This document shows, in pieces, positions 22,720 through 33,904 of a DNA stretch of 64,000 nucleotides; within the stretch, counting starts at the first letter, position 1, and every line of letters starts with the position of its first letter. The DNA lies in the NCBI GenBank assembly GCA_963713605.1, contig CAVQMO010000010.1:768001-832000 (forward strand), read 5' to 3'. This DNA comes from an uncultured Nitrososphaerales archaeon (GTDB lineage: Archaea > Thermoproteota > Nitrososphaeria > Nitrososphaerales > Nitrososphaeraceae). The translations under genes were made by a program, and so were the position numbers. The notes beneath the pieces are model-generated. The model worked only from the letters and a program-made list of their open reading frames with translations. It made no database searches and was not told the DNA's origin.

Positions 22720-22850
22720 AAATGGATGCATAATTTCTAATTTCTGTTAAGACATAACATCTAATCTGGTGTTGGTCTTTTTTTGTTAAGAAGATCTGTG
22801 CGCCCTATCCAAAAGCCATTTAAAGGGTATTTATGGGTAGGTATGACTGC

Positions 22851-23744
22851 ATGCCAGTACGACCATTGAGTGTGGGAGTAATAGTCAAATTAGAGCCGGA
22901 CTTTAGTGAAGGAAACGTAAGTTACAATCCAGACGGTACCTCTTAACCGGGCAGAAACTAAAAATATACTTGGCCCTCATAGCGCTGCCAGCCACACTGG
23001 CTTCCTTTTATTGCAAGGTGAAATATGAAGCAAGAGTGGCAATTGGTACGATGGGACCACCCATCGCTAATCAAGCACTGAGACAGGCTCAAATCATTTC
23101 CAATGCAGACGAATTGCACTTGTACAGTGATAGGATCTTTGCGGGCGCGGATACCTTGGCGACTGCAGAGGTACTTAGACTGGGCGTATTACGTATGAAT
23201 AATGGTTTGGGCGCCGATATCGTCATTTCTGGTCATAGAGCATCGGACGGCGAAACTGGCCAAACTGGTCCACAGACCGCATGGAAGCTTGGTTACCCTT
23301 TCATAGGAAATGTAATCGACTTTCATATAGATCAAGAGAGGAGAAGTATTTATGCTAAAAGATTCATCTCATTATATGGCTTTTATGATGTGATAGAAGA
23401 GATTCAGAGCTCCTCTACCTGTTTTTATATCAGCCGATCCTTCGTACAAGCCATCATTTAATACAGTATCGGAGAGGCTCTCCTTGGCGAGGAATCTCAA
23501 CGAAGCAAGGAGTAAGGCCGACAACTTTGAAAAGTACCTTCAAGTATATAATTCAGAAGGTCTTGGCGCAGATCCTAGATTTGTTGGTCTTCCAGGATCG
23601 CCAACGATTGTGTATAAAGTGGAAAAGATTCCAAAGGCGAAGGCCAAGAGGAGAGTAGAGGTTGTTGATGGGAATGACACAGGTCAGCTCGATATGGTAG
23701 CAAAAAAACTACTTCAACTCATGACGGAGGCCCCAATAAAATGA
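22851..23744 (+). CDS. fixA: Electron transfer flavoprotein beta subunit (frameshifted)
   Basis: N-terminus 'MPVRPLSVGVIVKLEPDF...DGT' from 22851, then 'SDRIFAGADTLATA', 'ASDGETGQTGPQ' and C-terminal 'GLPGSPT' across several frames. Confidence 0.88.
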
Positions 23745-24973
23745 GCGAAGCGACACAGAGTTTAGAATCAAGCTCAGAAAATTTAGTTAGTGAACCTTAC
23801 CAACATCTCTACGTTGTTATTGAGCACGAAGAAGGCATTCCAGTGCCTGTTAGCTTGGAAATGCTAGGCGAAGCGAGACGACTCATGGATAATTTCAACA
23901 AGAAATACTCAAGTAATGAAAAAGTGGTCGCTGTAGTACTCGGCGATAATGTTAGACATTTGTGTGAGGACCTAATCAAGTCTGGTGCGGATGTTGTGGT
24001 GTACGCAAATAATCCATCGCTAAAACATTATACTAATCTATTGTACACCAAGATAATCTGTCAAATGGTTGAAGACAAAAATGTCGCGAGATCGATATCT
24101 CAAATTAGTAGTGAAAATTACAAAAAACCAAGGTACATGTTCTTTTCGGCGGATAACACCGGACGACATTTGTCTTCAACCGTAATGGCACAGCTAGAGT
24201 CCGGACTGGCGTCCGATATCAATAAATTGGTGATTTCGGACCTTGAAATTAGGCACGAGCACAAGACTAAAGGTCAACTTGCTAAATACGAAAAAACTTT
24301 AGAAATGTATAGGCCAGACTTCTCTGGGTTTCTATGGACTACTATCTTATGCCTTGATAATAGGAATCCTGCTATCGCGAGAGAATATCATCCGCAATCA
24401 TGCAGTATCATTCCAGGGGTCTTCGAGCCAATAACTAAGGAAGATCAGCGGACAGGAACGATTGTGGATTTTGAACCCCAAATCTCCACCGAAGATTTAA
24501 GAGTCAAGGTTCTAAGTAGAAGGATTTTAAAGTCCACGATTGATTTTGAGAGTTGTAAAATCATAGTTAGTTATGGCCGAGGGATAAGAGATTCTCCAGA
24601 AGAGAATTTCAAATTGATTGAACAACTCGCAAAGTCACTCGATGCAGAGATAGGCATATCTCTTCCAATCTCAAAGAGACCATATCAGACTAAAGACCAA
24701 CATTTGCTGTCTTACATGATTCCAGAACGGGTGATTGGCACCAGTGGTAGAAAAGTTTCACCTGTCGTATATATTGCCATAGGCATCAGCGGAGCAGTTC
24801 AACACCTTGCAGGGATGAAAGAGTCAGGATTTGTGATTGTAATAAATCCTGACACGGATGCACCATTTAGAGATGAATGTGACATTTTTATAAAAGGTCG
24901 AATGGAGCAAGTTTTGCCCGTTCTCACGGAACTCATAAAAAAACATATGTTAATGATAGAGAAGAGGGCCTAA
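23741..24973 (+). CDS. fixB: Electron transfer flavoprotein alpha subunit
   Basis: 'SLEMLGEARRL', 'VSYGRGI' and the FAD motif 'IGTSGRKVSPVVYIAIGISGAVQHLAGM'. Confidence 0.93.
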   Translation: MSEATQSLESSSENLVSEPYQHLYVVIEHEEGIPVPVSLEMLGEARRLMDNFNKKYSSNEKVVAVVLGDNVRHLCEDLIKSGADVVVYANNPSLKHYTNLLYTKIICQMVEDKNVARSISQISSENYKKPRYMFFSADNTGRHLSSTVMAQLESGLASDINKLVISDLEIRHEHKTKGQLAKYEKTLEMYRPDFSGFLWTTILCLDNRNPAIAREYHPQSCSIIPGVFEPITKEDQRTGTIVDFEPQISTEDLRVKVLSRRILKSTIDFESCKIIVSYGRGIRDSPEENFKLIEQLAKSLDAEIGISLPISKRPYQTKDQHLLSYMIPERVIGTSGRKVSPVVYIAIGISGAVQHLAGMKESGFVIVINPDTDAPFRDECDIFIKGRMEQVLPVLTELIKKHMLMIEKRA

Positions 24974-24976
24974 AAT

Positions 24977-26857
24977 ATGGAAAGATATGATGTTGCGGTA
25001 GTTGGAGGGGGAACCAGTGGTCTTACTGCACTACGCCAACTCTCAAACCTTGGAAAACAGGCTGTTTTGATTGAAGCAGGGAGACTCCACAGGAACCAAG
25101 AACGTTTCAGGAGGAATTCTCTACTCTAAAAGACCGAAAAACGGTAGAGTGTATAATATTGAAGATGTGTTTGGAAGGGAATTTATTGACGAGGCCCCTT
25201 ATGAGCGAGCTATTACGCAGTATGTATTGCACGCCACTTCTAAAGATAAGTTGTACTCTATTGATTTAACTCCAGTCCACGAATATCAAATTAATTATGC
25301 CTACTCTGTCTTACTAAGTAAACTCATTCCATGGCTTGCAAAAGAGGCTGGCGACATGTCAGAAAAGATGGGGGGAGGAATAATATCTGGTGTCCATGTA
25401 AGGTCAGTTAGATGGGAACAGGGTAACAATGATATTGTGATAGAGACAGATGAGCTAGAACCATTTAGTGTAAAGGCAGTTATTGCGGGTGATGGCACAA
25501 ACTCTGAAATAGACTGAAGTTACCAAGGCGCGGAACAAGTTCTCTTCCGAACAACTTTATCAAGGGGTAAAGGTCGTCATAAAGCTTCCTGAAACAATTT
25601 TGGAAGAGAGGTTTAATATTACAAGCGAGGGGGGGGCAGCGCATTTGTTTGCGGGAGACGTGACTATGAATCATATGGGCGGAGGTTTTTTGTATACAAA
25701 CAGAGATACTATTTCTCTCGGAGCCGTATATCACATGGACTCACTGATGGATAACCCTGTTGAACCTTCACGACTAATCGACGCTTTGATACGAAATCCG
25801 TTTGTGGCAGAATTCATCAAAGATAAGAGTACCGACTCGGAAGTTTAATCAAGCCTTGATCTCAAAGGATGAAGAGATTCGCCAACATTTCATGGCAGTC
25901 AAGTTACTAAAAGCGTGGAACACTCTCCGCTCTGATTTCCACTCTAGAGATGGAATTAAGCGACTAATTGAAAGCGGCAAATATAAGACAAAAGAAGAGA
26001 TAGAGAGTAGGATCAACTTTCTAGAGAACGAACTAGTAGAAAAATATAACTATGAATTTGGCGATAATTACGTAGAATTAGAGTACAGCGCTAGATTAAT
26101 TCCCGATGGCAAGCGATGTAGAATGAAAACCCCATATTATAAAAATATACTATTCGTAGGTGATGCAGCTGGTCGTGGAGTGTTTATCGGCCCCAGAATT
26201 GAAGGGCTTAATGTGGGTATAGATGATGCAGTAAGGGCGGCTAACGCCGTGGCCCGGTCTTTAGATAGGAACAATTTTGATGAGCAATATCTTGGTAATT
26301 TCTATACAAAATCTGTAGAAGAGAGCCCCTATACGAGAGATATGAAAGAAATTGATAAGGAATACCTGAAGATTTTCCTTGATTGTAGCAAGAATATCCC
26401 GAAAGATATAGTAGGTTCTAGATATGGAATGATTTTTAAATTAATGTCCAGCGGCACATTAAGAGGCATTGCGGTAGGATTTGCAAATATGCTCGGATTT
26501 GAACGTCTATTGCCATTGGTTGAATCTGTTGATACTTATGTAAATGTTCCCATTGAGTTAGCCGATAGGCTAGGTAGTTCGATTGAAAGTAATTATGTCC
26601 CAAGTACTCCATCATTGCAGGAGAGGATTGCGAAACTGGATTACGATGATGATTCTGTATCGCATATCCAGGTTACAAAGCCTCGGAGCGAGTTTATGCA
26701 AAAGATGGTGTCTTTATGTCCCACGCGCTGTTACAGTAGTGAAAATGGGGATGTAATTTTACAACACGAGGGGTGTATAGAGTGTGGTACATGTGCGTAT
26801 GAAACCCTATGGAGACATCCTCGTGGTAGTAAGGGCATCTCGTATAAGTATGGCTAG
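24977..26857 (+). CDS. fixC: FixC-type flavoprotein fused to FixX ferredoxin (ETF-quinone oxidoreductase-like; frameshifted)
   Basis: ATG at 24977 gives 'MERYDVAVVGGG'; then 'KNVSGG', 'GGGFLYTN', 'VGDAAG' and a C-terminal 'CPTRCY...CIECGTC...WRHPRG' ferredoxin. Confidence 0.88.
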
Positions 26858-26924
26858 GCGAATATTTAGTTTCAGTCCTCATCTCTTGAAAGATGATACA
26901 TCAATTCATCAGGGTTGAACAACT

Positions 26925-27521
26925 TCAGCCGATCCACTTAATGGAACATCCAATTGAAGGAAAGAAATCTTTTTCGATAACATTTCCTGAAAGGAGCCTC
27001 TTAACATTATCCTCTAAGATGGGAATTTTAGGACTCATCTGAGGATCGACTGCATCATTTATACGTCCATGATATATGAGTCTGCGCGTATCATCAAAAA
27101 GAAATGGATCTGGAGTACAAACGGCACCATATGATTTTGCTATAGTTTGACTTTCGTCAATTAAGTATGGGAAATTAAGTTTGTACTCCCTTCCAAACTT
27201 GATCATGTTATCATACCCTTCGTTCTCGTAATTGGGATCGTTACTATTTATGCCTACTATAGTCAATTCATCTGTTGAAAATTTAGACCGGAGCTGAACA
27301 AGGTCGCCTATCCTAGCCTTTACGTAAGGGCAATGGTTACAAATGAAGACGACTAACAATGTTTTGCTCTCAGAGAAATTTTCTAACGAGTATGTATTTC
27401 CATCAATTCCCCTCAATCTAAATTGTGGAGCAGGTTGGCCGGTCTTAAGGGTGTTTGAGGATTCTGTTTTAACCATTCTAAGTAATATTGCTCTATGTCT
27501 CTTTAAAATGTTTTTTTTCAA
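26925..27521 (-). CDS. Thioredoxin-fold AhpC/TSA-family protein (start probably 27476)
   Basis: 'APQFRL', 'FICNHCPYV', 'YGAVCTPD' and 'SIGCSIKW'. Confidence 0.92.
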   Translation of the reverse strand: MKKNILKRHRAILLRMVKTESSNTLKTGQPAPQFRLRGIDGNTYSLENFSESKTLLVVFICNHCPYVKARIGDLVQLRSKFSTDELTIVGINSNDPNYENEGYDNMIKFGREYKLNFPYLIDESQTIAKSYGAVCTPDPFLFDDTRRLIYHGRINDAVDPQMSPKIPILEDNVKRLLSGNVIEKDFFPSIGCSIKWIG

Positions 27522-28059
27522 ACATTCAGACTCTCAGTTTTGCCGAATTCTTTAGCGAATTAAAAAATTAATACCGAATCACGTATTACGAATGAAAAGA
27601 GGACTTAGTTTATGTTTGATCATGGTTGAAATTAGATTCTGTCTAGAATAGATACTGCTGAATCATGAGATAACTGCTTGATCGTCCACTTCCAATCTTC
27701 CAACAATATCAGTAACCTTTGAATAAGGCGTCAGACTGATCCGATGGACGTTTGAATACTTATTTGATATCAGCGAGCACAATTTATGTAGTCTGAATGT
27801 GGGCAGGCTTGAAGCGTTAGTAATACATTACCAGTTATTAGTAAAGACATATAGATTTCACCATCAGTTGTCTCAGTGCTTTATCTACAACAAGCCTTGA
27901 ATTTTTTATGTGTCGCATCTAGGCTCAAATCTCGTACTAAAAAAAGGATATAACTACTATTTACTATCCAATTTCAAGTTTGGTGATACCAATGATGACA
28001 ACTTGGGTCTGGCTAGAGTATCTGTCTGTAAAAATTTTTATACTTGGGGTGAATGTATC

Positions 28060-29296
28060 ATGGAAGTGCCGATAGACAGTGGTGATACTGCTTGGATGAT
28101 GCTTGCTACGGGCTTAGTTTTACTTATGACACCCGCACTGGGCTTCTTTGAAGCAGGCCTCATCAGAGGCAAGAATTCTTTATCCGTAATGATGCAAACT
28201 TTTTCAGGCCTGGCAATTCTGTCTGTATTGTGGTTCCTGATAGGTTTCACATTGGTGTTCTCCCCATCAATAGGTGGAATAATTGGTGGATTGCAATGGG
28301 CTTTCTTCAATGAAGTACCTTTTGCCAGTGCTTTGGATTATGCGCCATCTATTCCGGGCGTAACATTTGCGACATTCCAAATGATGTTTGCGGTCATAAC
28401 TCCGCTTCTGATAACTGGCGCATTCGCTGAACGTGTAAAATTCAGTGGTTTTGTGATATTTATCGTAGCATGGAGCTTTGTAGTATATTTCCCTCTCGCA
28501 CATTGGGTATGGGGAGGAGGCTGGCTCGCTAATCTAGGAGTATATGACTTTGCAGGAGGTATTGTGATTCATACATCGGCAGGTCTCGCCTCGATCGCCG
28601 CAGCACTTGTCTTGGGGCGGCGAAAGAATTTTGGTCCAGATATTATGGTTCCGCATAATATTCCGCTCGCAGTTCTTGGTGCATCCTTGCTTTGGTTAGG
28701 TTGGTTTGGTTTTAATGCTGGAAGTGCATTAGCGTCAGGTTCCTTGGCGGCAAATGCATTCCTTGTAACACAGATTGGAGCAGTGACTTCTGCGGTAGTT
28801 TGGATTTTGCTGTCTTGGAAAAGATCAAAGAAACCATCTACAACGGCAGCGATCAATGGTGCTATCTGCGGCCTTGCCGGCGTGACTCCTGCTGCAGGTT
28901 TCATAACCGCACAGAGCCTCTTTCTTTCTAGGAATAGTGTTGGGGTTTGCTTCTTATTTTGGCATCCTCCTAATCAAGGAAAGATTGAAAATTGATGACG
29001 CGCTCGACGTAAGTTCGGTACACGGCATAACTGGAATAATTGGAGCAATCGCTATTGGGTTCGTTGCAACGACACTTGTAAATCCTGCTGGTCCTGACGG
29101 ATTACTGTATGGAAATGCTTTTCAGTTGGCGATCCAAGCCCTCGGGGTAGCAGTTGCCGCAGCACTTGCATTTGTGGGTACCATCGTTATTATGAAGGTA
29201 ATAGACAAGACTATTGGTCTCCGTGTCACTGAGGTTGAAGAAGATATAGGTCTAGACATTGCTCAACATGCCGAACGAGCATATGTGGAGCAATGA
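28060..29296 (+). CDS. amt: Ammonium transporter (frameshift near 28920)
   Basis: 'DSGDTAW', 'FQMMFA', 'DFAGGIVIH', 'WFGFNAGS' and 'DDALDV..VHG'; both twin-His residues present; GGTGA SD before the ATG at 28060. Confidence 0.96.
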
Positions 29297-29357
29297 GAAA
29301 ATGGTACGAGACGGTATATATATACGACCCATAATTACATACTGACGAATACCTTCC

Positions 29358-29708
29358 TTGAAAATGCTTCAGGCTATCATTAGAGCCGAGAGGATGCCGC
29401 TGGTTAAGGAGCAATTGCGCAATATCGGAATTGGAGGTATGACCGTATCTTCAGTCTCGGGGTGGAGCAGGCAAAGAGAACTACATTTGCAGTGGCGTGG
29501 ACAGCCCGTGTCGTATGATCTTGTTCCCAGGATGAAATTTGAAATCGCAGTTCCCGATGATCGGGTCGAATTGGTAATTAGGACCATTGTAAAACACGCA
29601 CGAAGCGGTGAGGCTGGAGAGCAAGGAGATGGGATTATATTTCTTTCAAGTATTGAGCAGGCCATCAATATCGCCACGCTTGAAGAAGGAGACAGAAGCT
29701 TGACCTAG
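29358..29708 (+). CDS. glnK: PII nitrogen regulatory protein
   Basis: 'MKMLQAIIR', 'GIGGMTVS' and 'GDGIIF'; directly downstream of amt. Confidence 0.85.
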   Translation: MKMLQAIIRAERMPLVKEQLRNIGIGGMTVSSVSGWSRQRELHLQWRGQPVSYDLVPRMKFEIAVPDDRVELVIRTIVKHARSGEAGEQGDGIIFLSSIEQAINIATLEEGDRSLT

Positions 29709-29780
29709 TATTCAAAAAAGCAGTACACCTCTTTATGTCAAGAAATATTATATAAGAATTGGGCATACTCCAAAGGGAAT

Positions 29781-30125
29781 TTGAAACGAATTGATCTGAT
29801 AGTTCCACATGAGTGCCTACGTGATTTGAACGATCTAATGCGCGGGCACGATGTAGGAGGACTAACCTTCTATGATGTCAAAGGCAGGGGCCGTACAAGG
29901 CAAGAGCCTGTTGCTGTTGGAAGAGGGGTAATGCGGTACGTCCCTGAATTTGGGTCACGAATGAAAGTCGAAGTCCTTGTCAGTAACGTAAAGGTGAAGC
30001 GGATAATAGATGACATCCTTGTAAAGATCGGCACTGGCTCTGTGTCAGAGGGCAAAATATTTGTTTATGATGTCTCTGAGGCATACGATATTGGATCTAA
30101 AGAGTCAGGTGACGACGCCTTATAA
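29781..30125 (+). CDS. PII-family protein (second paralog)
   Basis: 'GGLTFYDVKGRG', 'KVEVLV' and 'GKIFVYDV'. Confidence 0.88.
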   Translation: MKRIDLIVPHECLRDLNDLMRGHDVGGLTFYDVKGRGRTRQEPVAVGRGVMRYVPEFGSRMKVEVLVSNVKVKRIIDDILVKIGTGSVSEGKIFVYDVSEAYDIGSKESGDDAL

Positions 30126-30251
30126 CAGGAGATTGGATGTTGAACAAACAAACTGGCGGGCAGAGAACAAATTCATTTATCGAAAACATGAATCACACGT
30201 GCAGTACTTGAAATATATTCGAGATAGGATTCCTGACAACCATGACGAATT

Positions 30252-30629
30252 ATGATTCACTGGAAGAAGTACTATTACTTCCAGCTCGGTAAACTTGTAG
30301 TAGCTTCAATTGACATAGACTTGAGCAAATGTGACGACTGCACAGTTTTTGTACTCTTGGTAGAAGAATCATTAGGGTCTGCCGGTGGACGTGCAGGTGG
30401 CTCGGGGAGTAGAAAAATAGGTAGGATACTTGGCTTCAAGATCCACCAGTCGGAAATAGATCTGATAATTGATAGCCAACAAAAGGAAATCATAGATCGC
30501 TTTGATGTTCCCTATAGCGCAGTAGCTTTGGATATTATCCTATCGACTGGACAGGAATCATTAGTTCAAGGTATAGTTGATCCTGTCTTAATCGAGGAAT
30601 ACATGCGAATTGTTAATACGGTTGTATGA
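30252..30629 (+). CDS. Hypothetical protein
   Basis: Intact ORF with a Gly-rich 'SAGGRAGGSG' loop; start uncertain. Confidence 0.6.
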   Translation: MIHWKKYYYFQLGKLVVASIDIDLSKCDDCTVFVLLVEESLGSAGGRAGGSGSRKIGRILGFKIHQSEIDLIIDSQQKEIIDRFDVPYSAVALDIILSTGQESLVQGIVDPVLIEEYMRIVNTVV

Positions 30630-30651
30630 AACAGTTTCTTAATCCTATTCA

Positions 30652-31023
30652 ATGTCTGAATCCGATCATGAGGAAACAGTGGAAAATGTCGCTGCAAGTA
30701 TTGAAGATCTTTTAAGAATGGGAATAATTAAATTTGATGATTCAAGTGGTGATGGGCATGAAAAAGTTATCTTAACTGCCAAGTTTTCGTTCATCCTCTC
30801 AAAGATGATGGCAGATCCGAATGTTATGAAGGACGACCAACAGGCCCTTCTCAAGGCTCTCTACTACGCACTCCTTATCTATCTTGATGATGAGCTGAAA
30901 CTTCCAAGGAAATTGACGATGGCATTAGCGAACGACATCGAAAAATTTCAAGACGCATTAGAATTATCTAAATTTGTAAGAAGGTATGTCATGGTCCTGT
31001 ACAACATAGCGCGAGATGCTTGA
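30652..31023 (+). CDS. Hypothetical protein
   Basis: Intact 123-aa ORF, co-oriented with and close to the previous gene. Confidence 0.6.
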   Translation: MSESDHEETVENVAASIEDLLRMGIIKFDDSSGDGHEKVILTAKFSFILSKMMADPNVMKDDQQALLKALYYALLIYLDDELKLPRKLTMALANDIEKFQDALELSKFVRRYVMVLYNIARDA

Positions 31024-31153
31024 GTTGAAACTTTGATTAGGGGGTATAATTTAAGTTTCTCTGTATAGGGATGAAATCCAGAGATTAAAGGTACAAATAT
31101 TCTTGATTTTCAAGTAATGGTTTTTATAAAGAGGAGAAGAAAATGAATCTAAA

Positions 31154-31579
31154 ATGTCGTTACTACGTGAATCAGGCGAGATCTCTACACGTAACAAAGA
31201 TAATAACTTGCCGTCATATGGTGCCCTTGACTACTTTCAAATGCACTTCATAGTGATGGGTAGTGCTAGTAACCCCTCTGAGTTGATTGCGAAATGCAAG
31301 GCTAGCACAAACGGTCATTTTTCTAAGAAGCATGTAACCAGAGTCAATTGGGAAGGGGGAAAGATTGCTGAGATAGTGAGTAAAGACCAACAATTAGAAA
31401 GTTATCTTCGAAATGTATTGCTTGATGAGGGAGAAATCTTTATCGACCCGCTTGAAGATCACGTTCGTGTATATGGAAAATGGAAGCATCAGCAAGAGTT
31501 ACGTCTGTATGAAGACCTCGTCCAGATGATGGATCGAATATGTTATCATGTCAAAGGGTTTATGAATAAACAAGAGTAG
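31154..31579 (+). CDS. Hypothetical protein (start may be downstream)
   Basis: Intact ORF with globular composition. Confidence 0.6.
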   Translation: MSLLRESGEISTRNKDNNLPSYGALDYFQMHFIVMGSASNPSELIAKCKASTNGHFSKKHVTRVNWEGGKIAEIVSKDQQLESYLRNVLLDEGEIFIDPLEDHVRVYGKWKHQQELRLYEDLVQMMDRICYHVKGFMNKQE

Positions 31580-32427
31580 TTAGAATATTGTCTGAGATTA
31601 GCTAAAATGTTAGCAATAACGACGGTAAATCATTCTTGTGACTACTCCTTCATGTTAAGCCAGGTTAAATATCGTTTCAAGTGAACCAGACAGATAGTTC
31701 TGAAATAAGAAGGTAAGGACACAAGAACAACCATAGCGAAAAAAAGATTCTTTCTGATATTTGTATGGCTATTCGGATTCGAATTGTAATTTGTATGTAA
31801 CGGCTTTCTTGTAGAGAATCTCTGTGTTATCTTTAATCGTTATTGCTCAGATATTGGTAAAAGCCTTTCAAATCTAAAACTTCGACTGAAGCTTAATTAT
31901 TTCATAAGAATGAAAATGACTACTGTACTTTTTACCGGACGAAAGTTGTGGGAAAGTCGAAAGAATCCTAGAACTCCAATAACATGTTCAATCAGGTCAT
32001 ACTCAATGATTCGCTAGGCAATGACCTATCCCCTAGTTTTACGCAAGGAAGTGAAGTACTGCTAACACACATTTTTAAAACACCTTGAACAACCTATTTT
32101 TTGTCGATATCATATTCCAATCTGATACTGCTTCCAGCGAGTTTGATAAGCTCTCTTAAGCAAAAAATTTGTGGAATGGTTAGCAAGGATAAAGCAATTA
32201 GTGGATACGCTAAAGCCCCTCTAAGTCACCTGCTGTGAGGTGTATGAATACATTCGTCTAGTCGTTGAGACCTGCATATAATAATGCCATTATGAATAAT
32301 TCTATCCAGTAAGATCTATTGCAGTTGTGAGCGTTTAATGTGCCCTGCTCTACGAGGCGACCTATGTTCCTTTGATCAATGCACCTGAAATTCTGAGAAT
32401 GATAGATATTAATTACATCTTTCGCAT

Positions 32428-33895
32428 ATGGGGAGTCACAAGATGGATCGTACAAGTTCAGTAGTCAATATTCATGAAAATGCTCAGTCGGTTCACACGG
32501 TCAAATACCTTGAGGAGCTAGTCACAAGAGTAAGAAATGGTAATTTGAAAATAGCAATATATGGACTTGGACATGTGGGTGCACCGTTGGCTGCTACCTG
32601 GTTAAGAGCCGGTGCTTCCGTTATTGGGATTGATAAATCTGAGAAGGTCAGAGAATACGCAAGAGAAGGAAAAACTCAGATCCCTGAGCCTTACGTCAAT
32701 GAGGCATTTACGAAAGGACTTAAAGAGAATAGATTTTCGGTCTATGATGACCCTGTGGCTGCCTCAAAGGATTCATTTTTCAAGATGATTTGTGTACCTG
32801 TGATGGCAGAAAATGCGAATGCCAATCTACAAGCTGTCGAGAACGTCGTCTCTTCTATAGGTATTGCCCTTAAGCATGGCGATGTGGTTGCATTAACACC
32901 AAGCGTTCCTCCTGGAACAACTGAGGAGTTTATCGTACCAATTCTAGAAGAGAAATCGAGACTAGAATGCGAGAGAGACTTTTTTGTGGTCTACAACCCA
33001 GAGAGGATATACGAGGGTAGGGCCATACAGGATATCGAGGATGGATACCCGGCAATTGTAGCGGGAACTGGACCCCAGAGCTCCAACATTGCATCAGTGC
33101 TCTATCAGTTAATCTTCAAAAAGGGGGTAATCAAGACTGTCATCACCAAAAACAGCGGAATTTGAAAAACTAATTGAAGGTGTCTACAGAGACGTGAATA
33201 TCGCCCTTGCCAACGAGCTGGCTATGATTTCGGAGAGCATAGGAGTAGATTTTTGGGAAGCCAGAAATGCTGCTAATTCTCAGTCATATTGTCATCTCCA
33301 CAGACCTGGCATAGGCGTAGGAGGGGCATGTATACCAGTTTATCCCCAATTTATCCTTGATATTGCTCGTAAAAATAGCATTGAATCCCCAATCACTAAG
33401 TACGGTCGTCTGGTTAACGACCGAATGCCTTCATATGCAGTAAACGAAGCATTGAGTGCCTGTCAAAGAGTACAGCCTAAGACAAAAAATTTAAAAGATT
33501 ATAGAGTCACTCTTCTTGGACTCGCTTTTAGAGGGGGCGTTTCTGATACTAGGCTGTCCCCAACATACAGAGTAATTGAAGAACTTTTTAGGAAAGGCGT
33601 AAAGAATATTCAGGTGCACGATCCTTTGGTGATGCGTGACCCCGCCCTGTCTAAGTACCCTGGTGTTAGCTTGAACATTAATTTGGGATCGTCATTGAAA
33701 GGGGCCGATCTGATTATCATAGTCGCTGATCATACCGAGTATTCTAATCTTGATGTCGAGCATCTTGGAAATGCAGTTGTATACGACGGTAGAGGCATAA
33801 TTGACACCTCAAGACCCTTTGGACCAAATCTCGTCTCGCTGGGAGTTGGCAAGAATATGGCTACCCCGATGAAAATTCAGAAGCCGAGCATATAG
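32428..33895 (+). CDS. Nucleotide-sugar dehydrogenase (UDP-ManNAc/UDP-GlcNAc 6-dehydrogenase family; frameshift near 33140)
   Basis: 'IYGLGHVG' and 'NPERI'; junction 'AEFEKLIEGVYRDVNIALANE'; catalytic 'GVGGACIP'; 'LGLAFR'. Confidence 0.92.
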
Positions 33896-33904
33896 AGATA
33901 TTCA

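Noticed and set aside
27560..28059. NrpR operator (GGAA-N6-TTCC) upstream of amt, and the ORF-track N-terminal extension of Amt from 27910
   Set aside because: No matching palindrome found by eye; the SD motif and homology place the Amt start at 28060.
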